64,000 nt of DNA from an uncultured virus (IMG/VR IMGVR_UViG_3300047476_001538) (Duplodnaviria > Heunggongvirae > Uroviricota > Caudoviricetes): IMG/VR virus record IMGVR_UViG_3300047476_001538, positions 1-64,000 of that record. One strand, given 5' to 3'. The notes beneath the pieces are model-generated. The model did not search any database. It was given only the letters and a program-made list of their open reading frames with translations, and had not been told where the DNA came from. Below are positions 55,079-63,666 of this stretch, one piece after another (position 1 is the first letter of the stretch; each line of letters opens with the position of its first letter). Both the position numbers and the translations under genes were made by a program.

Positions 55079-55876
55079 ATGGAAACCAAACACTATAGAA
55101 CTATATTCTTGTCCGACATTCATCTTGGATCAAAAGATTCAAAGGCAGAATTATTGTTGGACTTCTTAAAACACAACACAGCGAACACCTATTATCTTGT
55201 TGGCGATATCATAGACCTATGGAAAGTCAAGCAAAATAAGTGGAAGTGGAAAAAGTCTCATACCGAGGTTGTCAGAAAATTTCTGAAAATCTCAAAACAC
55301 GCCAGAGTAATCTACGTTATCGGAAATCACGATGAAGCAATCAGACCGTTTATAACCCATGGAATCGGTATAGGAAAAATCGAATTCGTCAACAAAATAG
55401 ATTTTATCGGTTCAAACGGAAAACGCTATCTGGTCATTCATGGTGATATGTTTGATGGCATCGGTGACATTGCTCCATGGTTGGGATTTTTAGGAGACAA
55501 GTCGTATGATTTACTGCTTGATCTCAATACAAAATACAACTGGATTCGGCATAAATTTGGCTTTGGCTATTGGTCATTCAGCAAGGTTATAAAGAAAAAG
55601 GTGAAAAATGCTGTTGACTTTATCTTCAAATTTGAGCATAATTTAGTAGATTACTGTAGAAGAAAATTTTACGACGGGGTGGTGGCAGGTCATATTCATC
55701 ATGCTGAAATAAAATCAATTGAAGGGATACATTATCTTAATACGGGCGATTTTGTTGAATCGTGTACAGCTATCGTAGAGCATTTTGATGGCGATTTTGA
55801 GATAATAGTCTGGGAAACAATAAGAGCACCCGAACATGAAATGGATATTGCTTCTGACAGCGATCAACACGTTTAA
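55079..55876 (+). CDS. PlcP / UDP-2,3-diacylglucosamine hydrolase-like metallophosphoesterase
   Basis: LSDIHLG, VGDIID, GNHD, HGD.FD, GHIH, N.GD.VESCTA. Confidence 0.85.
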   Translation: METKHYRTIFLSDIHLGSKDSKAELLLDFLKHNTANTYYLVGDIIDLWKVKQNKWKWKKSHTEVVRKFLKISKHARVIYVIGNHDEAIRPFITHGIGIGKIEFVNKIDFIGSNGKRYLVIHGDMFDGIGDIAPWLGFLGDKSYDLLLDLNTKYNWIRHKFGFGYWSFSKVIKKKVKNAVDFIFKFEHNLVDYCRRKFYDGVVAGHIHHAEIKSIEGIHYLNTGDFVESCTAIVEHFDGDFEIIVWETIRAPEHEMDIASDSDQHV

Positions 55877-56015
55877 CGATAATGATCGTCCGGCACATAT
55901 GACGATTGAATTTCCAAGCTTGGCAGCGTGTCAAGCATCAGCAAACACAATTCAATATGAATTGAATTTCAAAATATACAAAGTGGAACACAAGTGTCAA
56001 GAAAAAAACTCTTAA
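55836..56015 (+). CDS. 59-aa two-Cys protein (absent from ORF track; resembles 59273-59464)
   Basis: MKWILLLT...F.SLAACQ...C. Confidence 0.55.
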   Translation: MKWILLLTAINTFNDNDRPAHMTIEFPSLAACQASANTIQYELNFKIYKVEHKCQEKNS

Positions 56016-57028
56016 TTATAACAGATACGACGAGCAAACAAACCAATGGTGTTGTGAGAACACTATCAAAAACAGTTGATTGTCTTTCAAACGACTTTGA
56101 AATTACGATCATTGATCCAAGTAAATTCAATGGAATATCTCTGCCATTCTATAAAGAAATAGATGTTGCGTTAAACACTTGGAAAATTGGAAAAATGATT
56201 GAATCGGTCAACGCTGATTTCGTTCATATTGCCACGGAAGGACCAGTTGGACTTGCTGGTAAACTATACTGCGATAGTAAAAAGTACCGATACACCACAT
56301 CGTATCATTCAATGTTCCCTGAGTTCATGCGAGATATGTTGAACATACCAGAAAATTTTACTTACTGGTATTTTAGGTGGTTCCATCTAAAGTCACACAA
56401 TGTATTAGTGCCTACTTATAAAATAAAACATTTGCTTGAGGATAAAGGATTTAAGAATCTGGTAGTATGGAAAAGAGGCGTTGATAGAAACGTATTTAAT
56501 TCCTCTTGTAGAAGCAAGCCCATTGATTCTCATCTTAAAGTCATTTTATGTGTGAGTAGGGTTTCAAAAGAAAAAGGACTTGATGATTTTTGTAAAATTC
56601 CTGTAACAGATGGTTATCTAAAAGTGTTGGTTGGTGATGGTCCGTATCTACAAGAATTGATGCACAAATATCATTCAGAAGCGGTAGCATTTGTTGGGAA
56701 AAAGACTGGAAAAGAACTGTCCGAATTGTATGCCAATGCTGATGTTTTTGTATTCCCTTCAAAAAATGATACATTCGGTCTTACGCAATTGGAAGCAATC
56801 GCATCTGGAACACCAGTATTGGCATATAAAAATACTGTATCAGATGAAATTATTGTGTCTGGAAAAAGTGGATACTTGGTTGAAAAATTCGGGATGGCCG
56901 CTATCATGGCTGCGATAGAATTGCCAAGAGAATACGTAGAAGAAGAATCTCACAATTGGACATGGAAAAAGTGTTCGGATATTTTCGCTAATAGCTTAAT
57001 TACCAAAAATGAAAAAAACAATCACTGA
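55994..57028 (+). CDS. GT4 glycosyltransferase (Agt/MgtA-like glycolipid synthase)
   Basis: QTNGVVRTL, HIATEGPVG, RGVD, VGDGP, FPS..DTFGL..LEA.ASG.PV. Confidence 0.88.
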   Translation: MSRKKLLIITDTTSKQTNGVVRTLSKTVDCLSNDFEITIIDPSKFNGISLPFYKEIDVALNTWKIGKMIESVNADFVHIATEGPVGLAGKLYCDSKKYRYTTSYHSMFPEFMRDMLNIPENFTYWYFRWFHLKSHNVLVPTYKIKHLLEDKGFKNLVVWKRGVDRNVFNSSCRSKPIDSHLKVILCVSRVSKEKGLDDFCKIPVTDGYLKVLVGDGPYLQELMHKYHSEAVAFVGKKTGKELSELYANADVFVFPSKNDTFGLTQLEAIASGTPVLAYKNTVSDEIIVSGKSGYLVEKFGMAAIMAAIELPREYVEEESHNWTWKKCSDIFANSLITKNEKNNH

Positions 57029-57206
57029 TATTGCAGCTAAACACTCATGGGCGCTTCAACTGACTCGTCCCTGGGAAATTGAAAGATATGCTCATGCAAA
57101 TTCACCCGTTGCGGATATAAATCGTCGTTCATTGCTTGCCAAAACGAAGGCGGTTGTCGCTTATGATCGGATTATCAATGACTTACCGACCGGAATAAAA
57201 TTTTGA
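57009..57206 (+). CDS. Hypothetical protein
   Basis: Short overlapping ORF. Confidence 0.5.
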   Translation: MKKTITDIAAKHSWALQLTRPWEIERYAHANSPVADINRRSLLAKTKAVVAYDRIINDLPTGIKF

Positions 57207-57256
57207 TTAAAAAGTGTTGATAATAAGATAAATAATTCATTACTATATGAATTATT

Positions 57257-58906
57257 ATGTCACACTTTACTAAAATCCTTGAATCACTTATGAACAATGA
57301 TGAAACAACTGCTTATCGGTTGTTTCATGAGTTCGTTGTTGAATCCAGTCGAGCAATCTACGAAGAAGTGAATCTCACAGAAGCCAGTTATGATGGCATG
57401 ATTGCTTCAATGAAAGCTAAGTATCCCGATTTCCAACAAGAGATTGCTGATCAACTCAAGTGGGCAAAAGCTACGCTCAAGAAGGACGAAAAAATCGTTT
57501 GGTACATGAAGAACGTTGGCAATATGCTCGCTGATCAACAGGCCGGCAAGCAAGTACCTGATATAAAAGAAATTCAGAATGATCTTGGCCACTTCTTTGG
57601 CTTCAATATACCGGCGATTGATCAATATCAATTCGGTAAGAAATCATATGATGAAATCATCAATGATTTACAATCAATAGAACAAGATTGGAGTGAAAAG
57701 CAGTCCAAGCGTAATTTGCCACCCATAGAACCACAAGAAGGCGACTATGAACTGATGAAATTCCCTGATGGGAGTGCTTGGTGGTGGGTCGACAGAGCCT
57801 ATTGCGAGAAAGAAGGCAAACACGGCAAGCATTGCGGGAACGTAACTGGAAAAAGCAAACCAAATCAGCGAATATTGAGTCTTAGGAAGAACGGTCAGGT
57901 ATTACTTACATTCATCCTTGAACCTAACGGCAATTTAGGGGAGATGAAGGCATACAATAACCAGAAACCAAGTGAAAAGCTTCATCCTCAGATCATGAGT
58001 TTATTACTAAGCGACAAGGTAAAAGGCATACAAGGTGGTGGTTACTTAGCCGACAACAACTTCTCGGTATTTGATTTATCTGATGAAAACTTACAAGTAA
58101 TTCAGAATAAAAAACCTAATCTTATAAGCGATCAAATTAAAGTAAGTCCTGGTCAAGCACTACAAGCACCGGCTTGGGTAAGGAAAACATATATGAATGA
58201 GATAAGCAAACTATCAACTGGCTTACAATATCTGATTGACCCAAATACCGGTGAATACACCAATGATCCAGCTGCATGGGATAAAGCAATTCAAGCAGAT
58301 TCAAAATTATCATTGAATGTTCCGAGTAACATGATTGATCGCTACAAAGATGTGATATTGAGTGTTTTGAAAAGAACTCCCAAATTTCTCATATCACGAG
58401 CAAGCAGAGATATACGAAGGAATTTTGAAATATTGAAAGAATTTGTGCAATTGAGTTATAAAAATATAGGGTATGTTCAACCGACTACTCTGGGTTATAC
58501 TAAACTATGCAAACGCGCTGTTAGTAATGAGGGCATGGCGTTGGAATATGTGCCAGAAGAATTGCCAGAATACGCAGAAATATGCAAAATAGCTGTTAGT
58601 CAAGATCCTTGGGCGTTGCGATGGGTGCCAGAAGAATTGCCAGAATACGCAGAAATATGCAAAATAGCTGTTAGCCAAAATGGCAGGGCGTTGCATTATG
58701 TGCCGATAGAATTGAGAACACCAACATTATGCAAAATCGCTGTTAGTAATGAGGGCATGGCGTTGGTAGCAGTGCCAGAAAAATTAAGAACACAGGAAAT
58801 ATACAAAGCCGCTGTTAGCCAAAATGGCAGGGCGTTGGAATATGTGCCACCCGAAATCAAAGACGAAGTGAAAAGAGCAGTAGAACAAGAAAAACAACAA
58901 GGATAA
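57257..58906 (+). CDS. DUF4116-like repeat protein with head-core-like N-terminus (paralog of 23072-24751)
   Basis: Same 37-aa N-terminus, different middle domain (EG....HCGN...SLR...EMK...NQKP), 5 C-terminal repeats; ATAAATA at 57228. Confidence 0.85.
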   Translation: MSHFTKILESLMNNDETTAYRLFHEFVVESSRAIYEEVNLTEASYDGMIASMKAKYPDFQQEIADQLKWAKATLKKDEKIVWYMKNVGNMLADQQAGKQVPDIKEIQNDLGHFFGFNIPAIDQYQFGKKSYDEIINDLQSIEQDWSEKQSKRNLPPIEPQEGDYELMKFPDGSAWWWVDRAYCEKEGKHGKHCGNVTGKSKPNQRILSLRKNGQVLLTFILEPNGNLGEMKAYNNQKPSEKLHPQIMSLLLSDKVKGIQGGGYLADNNFSVFDLSDENLQVIQNKKPNLISDQIKVSPGQALQAPAWVRKTYMNEISKLSTGLQYLIDPNTGEYTNDPAAWDKAIQADSKLSLNVPSNMIDRYKDVILSVLKRTPKFLISRASRDIRRNFEILKEFVQLSYKNIGYVQPTTLGYTKLCKRAVSNEGMALEYVPEELPEYAEICKIAVSQDPWALRWVPEELPEYAEICKIAVSQNGRALHYVPIELRTPTLCKIAVSNEGMALVAVPEKLRTQEIYKAAVSQNGRALEYVPPEIKDEVKRAVEQEKQQG

Positions 58907-58912
58907 TTTTGC

Positions 58913-58950
58913 AAAAACAGTTGACAACCTCAAATCTTTCTGTATAATAC
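58913..58950 (+). promoter_or_regulatory. Second repeated sigma70-type promoter, copy 3
   Basis: TTGACA-N16-TATAAT with the same flanks as 24718. Confidence 0.75.
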
Positions 58951-58982
58951 TCTCCATACCAACCAACAACGAGGAAACGAAA

Positions 58983-59207
58983 ATGAAATGCAAAATTCTT
59001 CTCACCATTGACAACGTTTCATTTTATACCACGGCATCTGCCATCAAGAATGGTGTAGGGCAGTCTCAAACGATCAATGATGCTGCTCGTGCGGTATACA
59101 AGGAACTGATAGGCTACCGAAAGGGAGAATCAAATATTCTCCGCAAAACCATAGGATGCGGTGGCACCGGATATTTTGGGCATAACGCTCAAATTAATTT
59201 GGTCTGA
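58983..59207 (+). CDS. Hypothetical protein
   Basis: GAGG RBS after promoter. Confidence 0.7.
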   Translation: MKCKILLTIDNVSFYTTASAIKNGVGQSQTINDAARAVYKELIGYRKGESNILRKTIGCGGTGYFGHNAQINLV

Positions 59208-59272
59208 CGCTTGACAACCACCAAAAAACACTGTACAATTTACTTTCACTTCAACTCTCAGGAGATAATATC

Positions 59273-59464
59273 ATGACTTGGCTACTTGTTCTGTCTATGT
59301 TTTCCAACCCAGATGGCAACTATGTTCGTGCGTTCAACACCGAAGCTGAATGTACCAAAGAAATGAAGGCATTTATCAAAAAGAATGATGGCAACACCGA
59401 TATTAAATATATCGGTTGCACCTCAACGCAATCAGCAATGGCTTCAATTGGTGACGACGAGTGA
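59273..59464 (+). CDS. Small two-Cys protein
   Basis: TTGACA/TACAAT promoter, AGGAG RBS. Confidence 0.7.
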   Translation: MTWLLVLSMFSNPDGNYVRAFNTEAECTKEMKAFIKKNDGNTDIKYIGCTSTQSAMASIGDDE

Positions 59465-59667
59465 GCCAATCAATATGGATGGTGAACATCGCAGTCGGAT
59501 GTTCACCCGCATTATCAAACGAAGAACTCATCAACCGAATCCAAAGAGCATTAGATTCCGAGTTCAATGATGATTCCTTTGCTGTAGTAAAAAATTCATC
59601 TATCGTTGACGGACCAGAAAAAGTATTTTTAACCATGATTCACAACAAGGAAAACAAAAATGTCTGA
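59461..59667 (+). CDS. Hypothetical protein
   Basis: GTGA overlap. Confidence 0.6.
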   Translation: MSQSIWMVNIAVGCSPALSNEELINRIQRALDSEFNDDSFAVVKNSSIVDGPEKVFLTMIHNKENKNV

Positions 59668-60046
59668 TATTGATTATTCAAAATTCCCAATCATATCCAC
59701 CCACGATTTTGAGTATGTAGAAATTGATGCACTCAAAATCGAGGATGATGTTTATGTCGCAATGCTAAACTTCTTCAAAGAAAACGAGGAAGAAGATAAT
59801 TCGGTACATGGTTTTTCACTTGATACAGCAATTTATGGAGAAACACTAAAAGAAGTGTTTGATAAAATAGGATTCCTATTTGGCTCGGGATTATTTGATA
59901 ATATCAATGTTGGCACTCACGGCAGTCTTTGGGGCGTTGATGGCGAACGAATTGATTCAATTTGCTGGATGCACGAAGGTGGCATAGATGTTGATCACGA
60001 TCATGATGAATCCATTTCAGAAGAAGTGAAGCCCACACTACATTAA
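59660..60046 (+). CDS. Hypothetical acidic protein
   Basis: AAGGA RBS. Confidence 0.7.
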   Translation: MSDIDYSKFPIISTHDFEYVEIDALKIEDDVYVAMLNFFKENEEEDNSVHGFSLDTAIYGETLKEVFDKIGFLFGSGLFDNINVGTHGSLWGVDGERIDSICWMHEGGIDVDHDHDESISEEVKPTLH

Positions 60047-60050
60047 AACG

Positions 60051-60281
60051 ATGAAAATAATTTTAATTCTATTCGCACTTTTGTCCACAAACATTAGCGC
60101 AAATCAACCGGGTGTAATCAACCCACCCAACACGTTTACTGCTCTTGTGCGTTTTAACAATGGCACGACAACGACCTTAACCATTAACGCGATCAATATG
60201 TCAATCGCTCGGGATTTAGCACAAGCACAATGTGGTGGACCCAGTAATTGCACCATAATGGTCGTAAGTTCAAAAAATTAA
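60051..60281 (+). CDS. Small secreted protein
   Basis: Signal peptide MKIILILFALLSTNISA. Confidence 0.65.
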   Translation: MKIILILFALLSTNISANQPGVINPPNTFTALVRFNNGTTTTLTINAINMSIARDLAQAQCGGPSNCTIMVVSSKN

Positions 60282-60298
60282 CCAAAAGGAAACACACA

Positions 60299-60502
60299 AT
60301 GAAAATCAATATGATGATGGTAATCGTAGCAATCGCATTCTTCACTCTGGCGACCTACTTGGGAGCACAAATTTACAATGATCACCAAGCAATCAAGGCT
60401 GGACTACAACAATGTTTGGTTCAAACAAAGAATGGTATCTATCATAAGCTATGGGCTACCACTTGTGACAAATTGATTATTGAGATTGAATCCGACAAGT
60501 GA
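60299..60502 (+). CDS. Small membrane protein (paralog of 8399-8596)
   Basis: TM helix + AIKAGLQQC. Confidence 0.7.
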   Translation: MKINMMMVIVAIAFFTLATYLGAQIYNDHQAIKAGLQQCLVQTKNGIYHKLWATTCDKLIIEIESDK

Positions 60503-61074
60503 AATTAGATCAAGCCATCGGCACATGGGACTATGCGATCACCAATAGTGATTGCCAAAATGTAATTAAATATTTTGAAAAAATGAATTCTATGGGCATG
60601 GCTATTTCTCGCCAAGATGAAGGAGAATCGGCTCTTATCAAAAAAGATAGAGCCGTGTTTCTTAGTCCATCTATGCTCATCAATTCAATTGACGACTCTT
60701 TTTGGACACCGATTCTCTCCAAAGTATGGGAGTGTTATCTTGAATACGTATCGCATTATGAGATACTAAAGAAATATGATTCAAACAGAATCGTATCATT
60801 TAAAATTCAAAAAACAGTAGAAGAAGAAGGATATCATGTTTGGCACTCAGAAAACATGAGTGTAAATTGTAGTCGTAGATTATTAGCATGGGCGGTCTAT
60901 CTGAACACCGTAAATCAAGGTGGCGAAACTGAATTTTTACATCAACGGCTTAGAGTAGAAGCGATAACCGGTCGTGTTGTTATGTGGCCGGCCACGTTTA
61001 CTCATGTTCATAGAGGTAATCCGCCATTGAGTGGTGAAAAATACCTTCTCACAGGATGGATAGAACTTGCTTGA
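60499..61074 (+). CDS. 2OG-Fe(II) oxygenase (prolyl-4-hydroxylase-like)
   Basis: YH.WHSE, YLN....GGETEF, WPA.FTH.HRG.PP...KY. Confidence 0.88.
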   Translation: MKLDQAIGTWDYAITNSDCQNVIKYFEKMNSMGMAISRQDEGESALIKKDRAVFLSPSMLINSIDDSFWTPILSKVWECYLEYVSHYEILKKYDSNRIVSFKIQKTVEEEGYHVWHSENMSVNCSRRLLAWAVYLNTVNQGGETEFLHQRLRVEAITGRVVMWPATFTHVHRGNPPLSGEKYLLTGWIELA

Positions 61075-61128
61075 CATCTTCGTGCTACTAAGATAAAATG
61101 ATTCATTGCCCACACACGGAGACTTAAC

Positions 61129-61311
61129 ATGAAATTTGAAAAGCGCAAGGGTCTTGAAGGTCCGTTTACCTATCCTAATGGCAGAACGCTATATTATGAT
61201 AACAAGGAAGGTCAATATTGGGATCCGTTATCGGATTTTTACATTGATCATGAAGAAATTGCAATGTTACAACAGCAAATATTTGACAAGATTTCTGGTA
61301 GTTTTTCATAA
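61129..61311 (+). CDS. Hypothetical phage protein
   Basis: GLEGPF...GR.LYYD.KEG.YWDP; own promoter and GGAG RBS. Confidence 0.75.
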   Translation: MKFEKRKGLEGPFTYPNGRTLYYDNKEGQYWDPLSDFYIDHEEIAMLQQQIFDKISGSFS

Positions 61312-61323
61312 AGGGTTTACAGT

Positions 61324-61863
61324 ATGAGAGCAAAGGAACTGTTTGAAAAGTTGAATCATTACAACGACGGCACAAGAACTTTGTTTGAAAGCATTGCTGT
61401 ACCAGAAGTCAATCAAGCTCTTATAGATTGGAACAAACATCAACACAACGGAGTGTTGATAGGCGGTTGTGCTCTTAGCTTTTACGTCAGACCAAGGACT
61501 ACAATGGACGTTGATGTTCTTTTTTTAACAGACGATTCGATACCAAAAGAAGTCAGTGGTTTTAAAAGAACAAGACCTTCTGCATTTCAACATAACAAAA
61601 CACATGTTGGGATTGAACTCGTCACTTCACTGTTGATAGGAATATCACAAGAATTAACTCAAAAAGTTTTTGATACTGCGATGATCTCCGACAATGTTAA
61701 AATCGCAAGTCCATCCGCTCTTGTTGCATTGAAGCTACATAGATTTAATCGCCAAGATCAAGCTGACATAGAAGAATTGATGAATCATTATACCATCGAT
61801 TTACAAGATTGGCCACTGTCCGAAAAGGCCAAGGCGCATTACGAAAAAGTACTGACTTGGTAA
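61324..61863 (+). CDS. AbiEii/DUF6036-like nucleotidyltransferase with internal-protein leader
   Basis: MRAKELFE leader; LIGGCA...PRTT.DVD, LKL...R.QD.ADI. Confidence 0.75.
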   Translation: MRAKELFEKLNHYNDGTRTLFESIAVPEVNQALIDWNKHQHNGVLIGGCALSFYVRPRTTMDVDVLFLTDDSIPKEVSGFKRTRPSAFQHNKTHVGIELVTSLLIGISQELTQKVFDTAMISDNVKIASPSALVALKLHRFNRQDQADIEELMNHYTIDLQDWPLSEKAKAHYEKVLTW

Positions 61864-61939
61864 TAAATATCAACAAAATCATAACTAACGAAACAAAAGA
61901 CAAATCGTACATTTATGAAAATTATTCTGAGTTTGTGAA

Positions 61940-62539
61940 ATGAAAATTTCAGAAATAATTACCAATCCGCCCAGAGATGAATATATTGATCAATATCAGT
62001 ATCATTTTTCCGATTGCCCAACCGTTGCTACCATTAAAAATTTACAGCTAAAAAAATGCGAATCACAGGATGAAATTGAATATGGTCTGATTGATTCCAA
62101 GGACCATATAGTAGGCTATTTTTCATTAGATCGGTACGATGACGACATTTGGTCAGTTAATTTAGTTCAATTAGCACAGGCATACAAAGGAATGGGATAT
62201 GGAACATTCTTTTATGATTATGCTATCATGAACGATAAGCTAAAAATTTTATCGGATGCAACAAACACTGAAGGACAATTTGGCTCAAGAGCATTATGGG
62301 AAAGGCTAAAAAATAATCGTCGCTACGAGATAGTAGGATATGATACAAACACTGATTCAGTCATTCCTAATGCCACTTCTGAAATGATTCATAATAATAA
62401 ACCAAATACAAGATGGTTAGCCATTCCTCCATCAGAGACCATAAACGAATCAATTCAACGAATTCAGTCTCACATGAAAAAGAGATATGTGGTGTGGTAT
62501 GGTCCAGGTACCACATCTGAGACCTATTTTAATTACTGA
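61940..62539 (+). CDS. GNAT-fold protein with internal-protein leader
   Basis: MKISEII leader; YKGMGYG..FY, LSD...T.G...LW; ATAAATA at 61863. Confidence 0.65.
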   Translation: MKISEIITNPPRDEYIDQYQYHFSDCPTVATIKNLQLKKCESQDEIEYGLIDSKDHIVGYFSLDRYDDDIWSVNLVQLAQAYKGMGYGTFFYDYAIMNDKLKILSDATNTEGQFGSRALWERLKNNRRYEIVGYDTNTDSVIPNATSEMIHNNKPNTRWLAIPPSETINESIQRIQSHMKKRYVVWYGPGTTSETYFNY

Positions 62540-62610
62540 CGCCCGATAAATATGAGTAATCGAAGAGGAAAAATTATACTGGTTGATTTGTTGATGATAA
62601 ATAATCAATA

Positions 62611-62684
62611 CGGCCTTGACGAGATTCGAACTCGTAACCTTCCCATTAGTCAAGCAGGCGCTCTGTCCATTGAGCTACAAGGCC
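62611..62684 (-). tRNA. Atypical tRNA (Arg-like body, degenerate anticodon arm, nominal GAC)
   Basis: GGCCTTG/CAAGGCC acceptor, GCTC/GAGC D-stem, ACGAG-TTCGAAT-CTCGT T-arm; weak CCTGC/ATGGG stem; no CCA; own TTGACT-N17-TAATAT promoter. Confidence 0.75.
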
Positions 62685-62767
62685 GTGTCTATATTACACG
62701 ATTATCATCAGGCAGTCAAGGTAAATTTTTATGGCAGTCTTCGGCGTAGATAAATAAGATTTATAAT

Positions 62768-62842
62768 GCCTCTATAGTTTAACGGGAAAAACAAGGGATT
62801 TGTAACCCCTAGTTCCCGGGTCAGTTCCGGGTGGGGGCTCCA
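62768..62842 (+). tRNA. tRNA-Thr(TGT), non-canonical T-loop
   Basis: GCCTCTA/TGGGGGC, anticodon loop TT-TGT-AA, CCCGG-GTCAGTT-CCGGG, T-CCA. Confidence 0.85.
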
Positions 62843-62847
62843 TTTAA

Positions 62848-62876
62848 GAAAAAGCGCATTTATTGCGCTTTTTTGT
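62848..62876 (+). terminator. Intrinsic terminator
   Basis: AAAAAGCGCA-ttta-TTGCGCTTTTTT. Confidence 0.8.
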
Positions 62877-62990
62877 TGTCACTTAAAAAGGTGATAAATA
62901 AATGTAGGTAATCAGATACACCACATATCCGAAACCGGTCTGGAGGACAACGGCTGTCCCTACGACATTATTTATTATCTGGAGGAATCA

Positions 62991-63653
62991 ATGGCAATAA
63001 TTGCTCTATATGTAAAAACTCATAGAAAAACAGGATTGAAGTATCTTGGTAAAACAACATCCGCTGATCCTTGTGTGTACAAAGGATCAGGCACTCGTTG
63101 GACTCGTCATCTGAACAAACACGGTGATGATGTTGACACGGAAATAATTCGCTGGTGTACTCCAGATTCTATCAAATATTGGGGTATATACTTCTCCAAT
63201 CTGTGGAATGTTGTAGAAGACGATAACTGGGCTAATCTTAGACCGGAAATAGGCGACGGTGGTTTTGGACCAGAACCAGGAGAGAAAGGAAGAGCCACTC
63301 AAAAAATATTGAGAGAAACCGACTCTGAATGGGTTGAGGAATGTAGTAAAGCAATATCATTGGGTGTGCAAAGATTCTACGAGGAGGGAGGAGTAGGATC
63401 ATTCACTGGCAAAAAGCACGATATCAACTACTACAACAAACTAAAAATAACTCATCAAAATAACAAGCATCAACAAGGAGAAAAAAATTCACAGCATGGT
63501 ACAAGATGGATAAATAATAGTGGATACAACACGAAGTGGAGTATTGACAATTCAATACCACTCGGTTGGATGGCAGGTAGAATAATGAAACTACCATCGT
63601 TGCCAAAAGATGAAAAACAAAAATTATTGAGTCAGTTTATAGTAGATAAATAA
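62991..63653 (+). CDS. GIY-YIG (Seg-like) homing endonuclease within tRNA cluster
   Basis: LYVKTH..TGLKYLGKT, YKGSG..W, WANL..E.GDGG; NUMOD-like GSFTGKKH and GEKNSQ.GT.WI. Confidence 0.85.
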   Translation: MAIIALYVKTHRKTGLKYLGKTTSADPCVYKGSGTRWTRHLNKHGDDVDTEIIRWCTPDSIKYWGIYFSNLWNVVEDDNWANLRPEIGDGGFGPEPGEKGRATQKILRETDSEWVEECSKAISLGVQRFYEEGGVGSFTGKKHDINYYNKLKITHQNNKHQQGEKNSQHGTRWINNSGYNTKWSIDNSIPLGWMAGRIMKLPSLPKDEKQKLLSQFIVDK

Positions 63654-63666
63654 AATAACAGTTTAT

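Noticed and set aside
62552-62749. 65-aa ORF
   Set aside because: Antisense to the tRNA-like gene, no RBS or recognisable motif.
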